DNA of 64,000 bases, from contig CAXIUT010000097.1 in the NCBI GenBank assembly GCA_964035545.1, forward strand, positions 1-64,000. Reading direction: 5' to 3'. The notes below the pieces were generated by a model, which was not told where the DNA came from, ran no database searches, and saw only the letters and a list, made by a program, of their open reading frames with translations. Source of the DNA: Bugula neritina. Its lineage: Eukaryota > Animalia > Bryozoa. Below, piece after piece: positions 1 through 13,020 of the stretch. The first letter of the stretch is position 1; each line of letters begins with the position of its first letter. The position numbers were made by a program, and so were the translations under genes.

Positions 1-458
1 AGTGTATTTCAGTATGTTGCAGTATATTTTAGTATGTTGCAGTATGTTGCAGTGTGTCGCAGTATATTTCAGTATGTAGCAGTGTATTTCAGTATTTTGC
101 AGTATATTTCAATGTGTTGCACTGTAATTCAATATGTTACAGTGTATTTTAGTATGTTGCAGTAAGTTGCAGTGTGTTGCAGTATATTTCAGTATTTTGC
201 AGTGTATTTCAGTATGTTGCAGTGTATTTTAGTATGTTGCAGTAAATTGCAGTGTGTTGCAGTATATTTCAGTATGTTGTAGTATTTTGCGGTGTATTTG
301 AATGTGTTGCAGTGTATTTCAGTATGTTGCAGTGTTTTTCAATGTGTTAGAGTTTATTTCAGTATATTATCGTATATTTAGGTATGTTGCAGTATATTTC
401 AATGTGTTGCAGTGTATTTCAATATGTTGTAGTATGTTGCAGTGTATTTCAGTATGTT
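1..458 (-). repeat. 10-bp/20-bp-unit satellite, inverted orientation (AGTATGTTGC / AGT(G/A)TATTTC on + strand); continues off the left edge
   Basis: Continuous 10-bp register. It is the reverse complement of the main array and by eye is identical to the reverse complement of 3620-4077, including rare variants such as ACTGTAATTC and GTTAGAGTTTAT. Confidence 0.97.
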
Positions 459-484
459 TGTTTGTTTGTTTGTTTGTTTGGTTT
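456..484 (-). repeat. (AAAC)n microsatellite 3' tail of the LINE
   Basis: The + strand reads (GTTT)6 at 456-479, then G, then GTTT. Short tandem-repeat tails are typical of L2/CR1-group LINEs. Confidence 0.85.
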
Positions 485-487
485 ATT
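482..487 (-). promoter_or_regulatory. AATAAA polyadenylation-signal-like hexamer at the LINE 3' end
   Basis: TTTATT on the + strand at 482-487, directly next to the tail. Confidence 0.5.
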
Positions 488-545
488 TCATCAAAGGTAT
501 TTAATAACACAAGGACATTAGAAAATGCCAAGGAGGCGATGATGA

Positions 546-584
546 GGCCCATTGCGCTATAGCCTAGCTAGTCATGCGCGGGCC
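546..584 (-). other. GC-rich stem-loop in the LINE 3' UTR
   Basis: Minus-strand RNA GGCCC-GCGC-AUGAC-UAGC-UAG-GCUA-UA-GCGC-AAU-GGGCC gives nested pairings GGCCC/GGGCC, GCGC/GCGC and UAGC/GCUA. Confidence 0.6.
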
Positions 585-632
585 AACACGAGCTGACAGC
601 GACTCTATCCAGAAAAATACAAAAAAATACAA

Positions 633-1006
633 CTATTCTAACAGATAAAGCCTCAACTTCCTCCCAAATTCATTAGGGTTGCTAATTGACCGTAAAGGGA
701 TTGGCAGTTCATTCCATAGTGCCACCTCCTGATAACAGTTTCTCCTGTGACCTGCTGCTGTTTGAGAGTGAGGAAGGGGGAGATTTATGAATGATTGACG
801 TGTATTGATAGAGTGAGTGGGAAAAAAATTGTCAGAGTAGAAAAAAGAATGAGCTTTCTTTAACACTTTAAAACGGTAAATCTGGTATATTGAGAGAACT
901 TTATGCTTAGTAAATAGAGGCGCTGATGGATGGTCAAACGGTTTTTTGTTCATGATACGCATTACCTTTTTTTGAAAAATAAAAATCTTGTTTAGATGGG
1001 TATTAG
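633..1006 (-). pseudogene. Fragment of LINE ORF2 (region C-terminal to the reverse transcriptase domain), about 124 codons, uninterrupted
   Basis: The peptide ANTHLNKIFIFQKKVMRIM...HPSAPLFTKHKVL...THSINTR...YQEVALWNELPIPLRSISNPNEFGRKLRLYLLE* matches the LQKxAxRxI, HxxPLFxxLxIL, HxYxTR and LWNxLPxxIR...FKxxLK motifs typical of the ORF2 C-terminus in L2/Crack/CR1-group LINEs. The ATG at 1055 in the ORF track lies in satellite. Confidence 0.85.
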
Positions 1007-4000
1007 CTGCAACACACTGCGACATACTGCAACATACTGAAATACACTGCAACACATTGAAATATACTGCAATGTACCGAAATATATGGTAAACTACTGA
1101 AATATACTGTCACACATTGAAAAATACTGCAACATACTGAAATATACTGCGACACATTGCAATATACTGTAGCATACTGAAATACGCTGTAGCACACTGA
1201 AATACACTGCAACTCACTGAAATATACTGCAAAATACTGGAATACACTGCTACATACTGAAATATACTGCGACACACTACAACATGCTGCAACATACTGA
1301 AGTATACTGCAACATACTGAAATACACTGTAAAATACTGAAATACACTATAACATACTGAAATATACTGCAACATACTGAAAAATACTGCTACATACTGA
1401 AATATACTGCCACACACTGCAACATACTGCAACATACCAGAACACACTGCAAAATACTAAAATACACTGTAACATACTGAAGTATACTGCAACATACTGA
1501 AATACACTGCTACATACTGAAATATACTGCAACACACAGCAACATACTGCAACATACTAGAATACAATGTAACCTAATGAAATACACTGCAACACATTGA
1601 AATATACTGCAAAATACTGAAATACACTGCTATATACTGAAATGTACTGCAACACACTACAACATACTGCAACATGCTAAAATATACTGTAAAATACTGA
1701 AATACCCTGCAAAATACTGAAATACACTGTAACATACTGAAGTATACTGCAACATACTGAAATACACTGTAACATATTGGAATACACTGCAACACATTGA
1801 AATATACTGCAACACACCTAAATATACGGTAATATACCAAAATATACTGTAACACATTTAAAAACACTGCAACCTACTGAAATACACTGCAACACACTGA
1901 AATACACTGCAAAAGACTGTAACACACTGAAATATACTGCAACACACTGCACTTTACTGCAACATACTAAAATATACTGCAACATACTGAAATACACTGC
2001 AAAATACTGAAATATACTGCAACACACTGCAACTTACTGCAACATACTAAAATACACTGTAACATATTGAATTACACTGCAACACATTGAAATATAGTGC
2101 AAAATACTGAAATACACTGCTACATACTGAAATATACTGCGACACACTGCAACATACTGCAACATACTAAAATATACTGCAACATACTAAAATACACTGC
2201 AAAATACTGAAATACACTGTAACATACTGAAATATACTGCAACATACTGAAATACACTGCTACATACTGAAATATACTGCAAAATACTGCAACATACTAA
2301 AATACAATGTAACATATTGAAATACACTGCAACACATTGAAATATACTGCAAAATACTGAAATACACTGCTACATACTGAAATATACTGCGACACACTGC
2401 AACATACTGCAACATACTAAAATACACTGCAACATACTGAAATACACTGCAGAATACTGAAATACACTGTAACATACTGAAATATACTGCAAAATACTGA
2501 AATACACTGCTACATACTGAATTATACTGCAACACACTGCGACATACTGCAACATACTGAAATACACTGTAACATATTGAAATACACTGCAACACATTGA
2601 AATATACTGCAATGTACCGAAATATATGGTAAACTACTGAAATATACTGTCACACATTGAAAAATACTGCAACATACTGAAATATACTGCGACACATTGC
2701 AATATACTGTAGCATACTGAAATACGCTGTAGCACACTGAAATACACTGCAACTCACTGAAATATACTGCAAAATACTGGAATACACTGCTACATACTGA
2801 AATATACTGCGACACACTACAACATACTGCAACATACTAAAGTATACTGCAACATACTGAAATACACTGTAAAATACTGAAATACACTATAACATACTGA
2901 AATATACTGCAACATACTGAAATATACTGCTACATACTGAAATATACTGCCACACACTGCAACATACTGCAACATACCAGAACACACTGTAACATAATGA
3001 AATACACTGCAACACATTGAAATATACTGCAAAATACTGAAATACACTGCTATATACTGAAATACACTGCAACACACTACAACATACTGCAACATACGAA
3101 AATATACTGCAACATACTGAAATACACTGCAAAATACTGAAATACACTGTAACATACTGAAGTATACTGCAACATACTGAAATACACTGCTACATACTTA
3201 AATATACTGCAACACACAGCAACATACTGCAACATACTAAAATACACTGTAACATATTGGAATAAACTGCAACACATTAATTATACTGCAAAATACTGAA
3301 ATACACTGCTACATACTGAAATATACTGCAACATACTGCAACATACTGAAATACACTGCAACACATTCAAATACACCGCAAAATACTACAACATACTGAA
3401 ATGCATTGTAACATATTGAAATACACTGCAACGCATCGAAATATACTGCAATGTACCGAAATATATTGTAAAGTACTGTAATATACTGTCACACATTGAA
3501 AAACACTGCAACATACTGAAATATACTGCGACACATTGCAATATACTGCAACACACTGAAATATAGTGCTACATACTGAAATATACTGCAACATACTGCA
3601 ACATAGTGAAATACACTGTAACATACTGAAATACACTGCAACATACTACAACATATTGAAATACACTGCAACACATTGAAATATACTGCAACATACCTAA
3701 ATATACGATAATATACTGAAATAAACTCTAACACATTGAAAAACACTGCAACATACTGAAATACACTGCAACACATTCAAATACACCGCAAAATACTACA
3801 ACATACTGAAATATACTGCAACACACTGCAATTTACTGCAACATACTAAAATACACTGCAACATACTGAAATACACTGCAAAATACTGAAATATACTGCA
3901 ACACACTGCAACTTACTGCAACATACTAAAATACACTGTAACATATTGAATTACAGTGCAACACATTGAAATATACTGCAAAATACTGAAATACACTGCT

Positions 4001-5399
4001 ACATACTGAAATATACTGCGACACACTGCAACATACTGCAACATACTAAAATATACTGCAACATACTGAAATACACTGCAAAATACTGAAATACACTGTA
4101 ACATACTGAAATATACTGCAACATACTGAAATACACTGCTACATACTGAAATATACTGCAAAATACTGCAACATACTAAAATACAATGTAACATATTGAA
4201 ATACACTGCAACACATTGAAATATACTGCAAAATACTGAAATACACTGCTACATACTGAAATATACTGCGACACACTGCAACATACTGCAACATACTAAA
4301 ATACACTGCAACATACTGAAATACACTGCAGAATACTGAAATACACTGTAACATACTGAAATATACTGCAAAATACTGAAATACACTGCTACATACTGAA
4401 TTATACTGCAACACACTGCGACATACTGCAACATACTGAAATACACTGCAACACATTGAAATATACTGCAATGTACCGAAATATATGGTAAACTACTGAA
4501 ATATACTGTCACACATTGAAAAATACTGCAACATACTGAAATATACTGCGACACATTGCAATATACTGTAGCATACTGAAATACGCTGTAGCACACTGAA
4601 ATACACTGCAACTCACTGAAATATACTGCAAAATACTGGAATACACTGCTACATACTGAAATATACTGCGACACACTACAACATGCTGCAACATACTAAA
4701 GTATACTGCAACATACTGAAATACACTGTAAAATACTGAAATACACTATAACATACTGAAATATACTGCAACATACTGAAATATACTGCTACATACTGAA
4801 ATATACTGCCACACACTGCAACATACTGCAACATACCAGAACACACTGCAAAATACTGAAATACACTGTAACATACTGAAGTATACTGCAACATACTGAA
4901 ATACACTGCTACATACTGAAATATACTGCAACACACAGCAACATACTGCAACATACTAGAATACACTGTAACCTAATGAAATACACTGCAGCACATTGAA
5001 ATATACTGCAAAATACTGAAATACACTGCTATATACTGAAATGTACTGCAACACACTACAACATACTGCAACATGCTAAAATATACTGCAAAATACTGAA
5101 ATACTCTGCAAAATACTGAAATACACTGTAACATACTGAAGTATACTGCAACATACTGAAATACACTTCTACATACTGAAATATGCTGCAACACACAGCA
5201 ACATACTGCAACATACTAAAATACACTGTAACATATTGGAATACACTGCAACACATTGAAATATACTGCAACACACCTAAATATACGGTAATATACCAAA
5301 ATATACTGTAACACATTTAAAAACACTGCAACCTACTGAAATACACTGCAACACACTGAAATACACTGCAAAAGACTGTAACATACTAAAATATACTGC

Positions 5400-8300
5400 A
5401 ACATACTGAAATACACTGCAAAATACTGAAATATACTGCAACACACTGCAACTTACTGCAACATACTAAAATACACTGTAACATATTGAATTACACTGCA
5501 ACACATTGAAATATAGTGCAAAATACTGAAATACACTGCTACATACTGAAATATACTGCGACACACTGCAACATACTGCAACATACTAAAATATACTGCA
5601 ACATACTGAAATACACTGCAAAATACTGAAATACACTGTAACATACTGAAATATACTGCAACATACTGAAATACACTGCTACATACTGAAATATACTGCA
5701 AAATACTGCAACATACTAAAATACAATGTAACATATTGAAATACACTGCAACACATTGAAATATACTGCAAAATACTGAAATACACTGCTACATACTGAA
5801 ATATACTGCGACACACTGCAACATACTGCAACATACTAAAATACACTGCAACATACTGAAATACACTGCAGAATACTGAAATACACTGTAACATACTGAA
5901 ATATACTGCAAAATACTGAAATACACTGCTACATACTGAATTATACTGCAACACACTGCGACATACTGCAACATACTAAAATACACTGTAACATATTGAA
6001 ATACACTGCAACACATTGAAATATACTGCAATGTACCGAAATATATGGTAAACTACTGAAATATACTGTCACACATTGAAAAACACTGCAACATACTGAA
6101 ATATACTTCGACACATTGCAATATACTGTAGCATACTGAAATACGCTGTAGCACACTAAAATACACTGCAACTCACTGAAATATACTGCAAAATACTGGA
6201 ATACACTGCTACATACTGAAATATACTGCGACACACTACAACATACTGCAACATACTAAAGTATACTGCAACATACTGAAATACACTGTAAAATACTGAA
6301 ATACACTATAACATACTGAAATATGCTGCAACATACTGAAATATACTGCTACATACTGAAATATACTGCCACACACTGCAACATACTGCAACATACCAGA
6401 ACACACTGCAAAATACTGAAATACACTGTAACATACTGAAGTATACTGCAACATACTGAAATACACTGCTACATACTGAAATATACTGCAACACACAGCA
6501 ACATACTGCAACATACTAAAATACACTGTAACATATTGGAATACACTGCAACACATTAATTATACTGCAAAATACTGAAATACACTGCTACATACTGAAA
6601 TATACTGCAACATACTGCAACATACTGAAATACACTGCAACACATTCAAATACACCGCAAAATACTACAACATACTGAAATGCACTGTAACATATTGAAA
6701 TACACTGCAACGCATTGAAATATACTGCAATGTACCGAAATATATGGTAAACTACTGCAATATGCTGTCACACATTGAAAAACACTGCAACATACTGAAA
6801 TATACTGCGACACATTGCAATATACTGTAACATACTGAAATATACTGCGATACACTGCAACATACTGCAACATACTAAAATATACTGCAACATACTGAAA
6901 TACACTGCAAAATACTGAAATACACTGTAACATACTGAAATATACTGCAACATACTGAAGTACACTCCTACATACTGAAATATACTGCAACTCACTGCAA
7001 CATACTGCAACATACTAAATTACACTGTAACATATTGAAATACACTGCAACACATTGAAATATACTGCAAAATACTGAAATACACTGCTACATACTGAAA
7101 TATACTGCGACACACTGCAACATACTGCAACATACTAAAATATACTGCAACATACTGAAATACACTGCAAAATACTGAAATACACTGTAACATACTGAAA
7201 TATACTGCAACATACTGAAGTACACTCCTACATACTGAAATATACTGCAACTCACTGCAACATACTGCAACATACTAAATTACACTGTAACATATTGAAA
7301 TACACTGCAACACATTGAAATATACTGCAAAATACTGAAATACACTGCTACAACACTGAAATATATTCAACACACGGCAACATACTGCAACATACTAAAA
7401 TATGCTGCAATATACTGAAATACACTGCAAAATACTGAAATACACTGTAACACACTGAAATATACTGCAACATACTGAAATATACTGCTACATGCTGAAA
7501 TATACTGCAACACACTGCAACATACTGCAACATCCTAGAATACACTGTAACCTAATGAAATACACTGCAACACATTGAAATATACTGCAAAATACTGAAA
7601 TACACTGCTATATACTGAAAAGTACTGCAACACACTACAACATACCGCAACATGCTAAAATATACTGCAAAATACTGAAATACCCTGCAAAATACTGAAA
7701 TACACTGTAACATACTGAAGTATACTGCAACATACTGAAATACACTTCTACATACTGAAATATGCTGCAACACACAGCAACATACTGCAACATACTAAAA
7801 TACACTGTAACATATTGGAATACACTGCAACACATTGAAATATACTGCAACACACCTAAATATACGGTAATATACCAAAATATACTGTAACACATTTAAA
7901 AACACTGCAACCTACTGAAATACACTGCAACACACTGAAATACACTGCAAAAAACTGTAACACACTGAAATATACTGCAACACACTGCAATTTACTGCAA
8001 CATACTAAAATATACTGCAACATACTGAAATACACTGCAAAATACTGAAATATACTGCAACACACTGCAACTTATTGCAACATACTAAAATACACTGTAA
8101 CATATTGAATTACACTGCAACACATTGAAATATACTGCAAAATACTGAAATACACTGCTACATACTGAAATATACTGCGACACACTGCAACATACTGCAA
8201 CATACTAAAATATACTGCAACATACTGAAATACACTGCAAAATACTGAAATACACTGTAACATACTGAAATATACTGCAACATACTAAAATATGCTGCAA

Positions 8301-11300
8301 TATACTGAAATACACTGCAAAATACTGAAATACACTGTAACATACTGAAATATACTGCAACATACTGAAATACACTGCTACATACTGAAATATACTGCAA
8401 AATACTGCAACATACTAAAATACAATGTAACATATTGAAATACACTGCAACACATTGAACTATACTGCAAAATACTGAAATACACTGCTACATACTGAAA
8501 TATACTGCGACACACTGCAACATACTGCAACATACTAAAATACACTGCAACATACTGAAATACACTGCAGAATACTGAAATACACTGTAACATACTGAAA
8601 TATACTGCAAAATACTGAAATACACTGCTACATACTGAATTATACTGCAACACACTGCGACATACTGCAACATACTAAAATACACTGTAACATATTGAAA
8701 TACACTGCAACACATTGAAATATACTGCAATGTACCGAAATATATGGTAAACTACTGAAATATACTGTCACACATTGAAAAATACTGCAACATACTGAAA
8801 TATACTGCGACACATTGCAATATACTGTAGCATACTGAATTACGCTGTAGCACACTGAAATACACTGCAACTCACTGAAATATACTGCAAAATACTGGAA
8901 TACACTGCTACATACTGAAATATACTGCGACACACTACAACATACTGCAACATACTAAAATATACTGCAACATACTGAAATACACTGCAAAATACTGAAA
9001 TACACTGTAACATACTGAAGTATACTGCAACATACTGAAATACACTGCTACATACTGAAATATACTGCAACACACAGCAACATACTGCAACATACTAAAA
9101 TACACTGTAACATATTGGAATACACTGCAACACATTGAAATATACTGCAAAATACTGAAATACACTGCTACATACTGAAATATACTGCAACATACTGCAA
9201 CATACTGAAATACACTGCAACACATTCAAATACACCGCAAAATACTACAACATACTGAAATGCACTGTAACATATTGAAATACACTGTAACATATTAAAA
9301 TATACGGCAACATACTGAAATATACTGCGACACATTGCAATATACTGTAAAATACTGAAATAGGCTGTAGCACACTGAAATACACTGCAACTCACTGAAA
9401 TATACTGCAACATACTGAAATACACTGTAACATATTGAAATATACTGCAACACACTGAAATATACTGCAACATACTGAAATACACTGCTACATACTGAAA
9501 TATACTGCAAAATACTGCAACATACTAAAATACAATGTAACATATTGAAATACACTGCAACACATTGAAATATACTGCAAAATACTGAAATACACTGCTA
9601 CATACTGAAATATACTGCGACACACTGCAACATACTGCAACATACTAAAATATACTGCAACATACTGAAATACACTGCAACACATTCAAATACACCGCAA
9701 AATACTACAACATACTGAAATACACTGTAACACACTGAAATATACTGCAAAATACTGAAATACACTGCTACATACTGAAATATACTGCAACACACTGCGA
9801 CATACTGCAACATACTAAAATACACTGTAACATATTGAAATACACTGCGACTCACTGAAATATGCTGCAACATACTGCAACATAGTGAAATACACTGTAA
9901 CATACTGAAATACACTGCGACATACTACAACATATTGAAAGACACTGCAACACATTGAAATATACTGCAACACACCTAAATATACGGTAATATACCAAAA
10001 TATGCTGTAACACATTTAAAAACACTGCAACCTACTGAAATACACTGCAACACACTGAAATACACTGCAAAATACTGTAACACACTGAAATATACTGCAA
10101 CACACTGCAATTTACTGCAACATACTAAAATACACTGCAACATACTGAAATACACTGCAAAATACTGAAATATACTGCAACACACTGCAACTTACTGCAA
10201 CATACTAAAATATACTGTAACATATTGAATTACACTGCAACACATTGAAATATACTGCAAAATACTGAAATACACTGCTACATACTGAAATATACTGCGA
10301 CACACTGCAACATACTGCAACATACTAAAATATACTGCAACATACTGAAATACACTGCAAAATACTGAAATACACTGTAACATACTGAAATATACTGCAA
10401 CATACTGAAATACACTGCTACATACTGAAATATACTGCAAAATACTGCAACATACTAAAATACAATGTAACATATTGAAATACACTGCAACACATTGAAA
10501 TATACTGCAAAATACTGAAATACACTGCTACATACTGAAATATACTGCGACACACTGCAACATACTGCAACATACTAAAATACACTGCAACATACTGAAA
10601 TACACTGCAGAATACTGAAATACACTGTAACATACTGAAATATACTGCAAAATACTGAAATACACTGCTACATACTGAATTATACTGCAACACACTGCGA
10701 CATACTGCAACATACTAAAATACACTGTAACATATTGAAATACACTGCAACACATTGAAATATACTGCAATGTACCGAAATATATGGTAAACTACTGAAA
10801 TATACTGTCACACATTGAAAAATACTGCAACATACTGAAATATACTGCGACACATTGCAATATACTGTAGCATACTGAAATACGCTGTAGCACACTGAAA
10901 TACACTGCAACTCACTGAAATATACTGCAAAATACTGGAATACACTGCTACATACTGAAATATACTGCGACACACTACAACATACTGCAACATACTAAAG
11001 TATACTGCAACATACTGAAATACACTGTAAAATACTGAAATACACTATAACATACTGAAATATACTGCAACATACTGAAATATACTGCTACATACTGAAA
11101 TATACTGCCACACACTGCAACATACTGCAACATACCAGAACACACTGCAAAATACTGAAATACACTGTAACATATTGAAGTATACTGCAACATACTGAAA
11201 TACACTGCTACATACTGAAATATACTGCAACACACAGCAACATACTGCAACATACTAAAATACACTGTAACATATTGGAATACACTGCAACACATTAATT

Positions 11301-13020
11301 ATACTGCAAAATACTGAAATACACTGCTACATACTGAAATACACTGCAACATACTGCAACATACTGAAATACACTGCAACACATTCAAATACACCGCAAA
11401 ATACTACAACATACTGAAATGCACTGTAACATATTGAAATACACTGCAACGCATTGAAATATACTGCAATGTACCGAAATATATGGTAAACTACTGAAAT
11501 ATACTGTCACACATTGAAAAACACTGCAACATACTGAAATATACTGCGACACATTGCAATATACTGTAACATACTGAAATATACTGCGATACACTGCAAC
11601 ATACTGCAACATACTAAAATATACTTCAACATACTGAAATACACTGCAAAATACTGAAATACACTGTAACATACTGAAATATACTGCAACATACTGAAGT
11701 ACACTCCTACATACTGAAATATACTGCAACTCACTGCAACATACTGCAACATACTAAATTACACTGTAACATATTGAAATACACTGCAACACATTGAAAT
11801 ATACTGCAAAATACTGAAATACACTGCTACATACTGAAATATACTGCGACACACTGCAACATACTGCAACATACTAAAATGTACTGCAACATAATGAAAT
11901 ACACTGCAAAATACTGAAATACACTGTAACATACTGAAATATACTGCAACATACTGAAGTACACTCCTACATACTGAAATATACTGCAACTCACTGCAAC
12001 ATACTGCAACATACTAAATTACACTGTAACATATTGAAATACACTGCAACACATTGAAATATACTGCAAAATACTGAAATACACTGCTACAACACTGAAA
12101 TATATTCAACACACGGCAACATACTGCAACATACTAAAATATGCTGCAATATACTGAAATACCCTGCAAAATACTGAAATACACTGTAACACACTGAAAT
12201 ATACTGCAACATACTGAAATATACTGCTACATGCTGAAATATACTGCAACACACTGCAACATACTGCAACATACTAGAATACACTGTAACCTAATGAAAT
12301 ACACTGCAACACATTGAAATATACTGCAAAATTTTGAAATACACAGCTATATACTGAAATGTACTGCAACACACTACAACATACTGCAACATGCTAAAAT
12401 ATACTGCAAAATACTGAAATACCCTGCAAAATACTGAAATACACTGTAACATACTGAAGTATACTGCAACATACTGAAATACACTTCTACATACTGAAAT
12501 ATGCTGCAACACACAGCAACATACTGCAACATACTAAAATACACTGTAACATATTGGAATACACTGCAACACATTGAAATATACTGCAACACACCTAAAT
12601 ATACGGTAATATACCAAAATATACTGTAACACATTTAAAAACACTGCAACCTACTGAAATACACTGCAACACACTGAAATACACTGCAAAAGACTGTAAC
12701 ACACTGAAATATACTGCAACACACTGCAATTTACTGCAACATACTAAAATATACTGCAACATACTGAAATACACTGCAAAATACTGAAATATACTGCAAC
12801 ACACTGCAACTTACTGCAACATACTAAAATACACTGTAACATATTGAATTACACTGCAACACATTGAAATATACTGCAAAATACTGAAATACACTGCTAC
12901 ATACTGAAATATACTGCGACACACTGCAACATACTGCAACATACTAAAATATACTGCAACATACTGAAATACACTGCAAAATACTGAAATACACTGTAAC
13001 ATACTGAAATATACTGCAAC
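5400..13020 (+). repeat. Block duplication within the satellite: ~5400-8280 repeated at ~10140-13020 (offset 4739)
   Basis: Ten or more ORF-track pairs have offset 4739 (5453/10192 to 8072/12811). Both copies share the rare variant GCTACAACACTGAAATATATTCAACACACGGC (~7347 and ~12086). Boundaries are approximate. Confidence 0.85.

Larger units (their letters stand above)
456..1006 (-). mobile_element. 5'-truncated non-LTR retrotransposon (LINE), L2/CR1 group (Crack/Daphne/L2-like), 3' end only
   Basis: On the minus strand: ORF2-like C-terminal peptide, TAG stop at 635-633, ~150-bp 3' UTR with a hairpin, AATAAA, then an (AAAC)n tail. No TSD. The clade is assigned from recalled motifs, not from a search. 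Confidence 0.85.

Noticed and set aside
611-632. Short AAAAATAC duplication after the LINE stop codon as a separate element
   Set aside because: It is a low-complexity U-rich stretch at the start of the LINE 3' UTR and needs no separate explanation.
633-1055. Functional 140-aa protein-coding gene
   Set aside because: The first ~16 codons are satellite and the rest is a truncated LINE ORF2 tail lacking the RT and endonuclease domains.
1-1100. Telomere-telomere fusion relic (GT-rich strand running into CA-rich strand)
   Set aside because: The polarity fits, but the unit lacks the G-runs of known telomerase repeats and shows inherited block duplications. It cannot be supported without knowing the chromosomal position.
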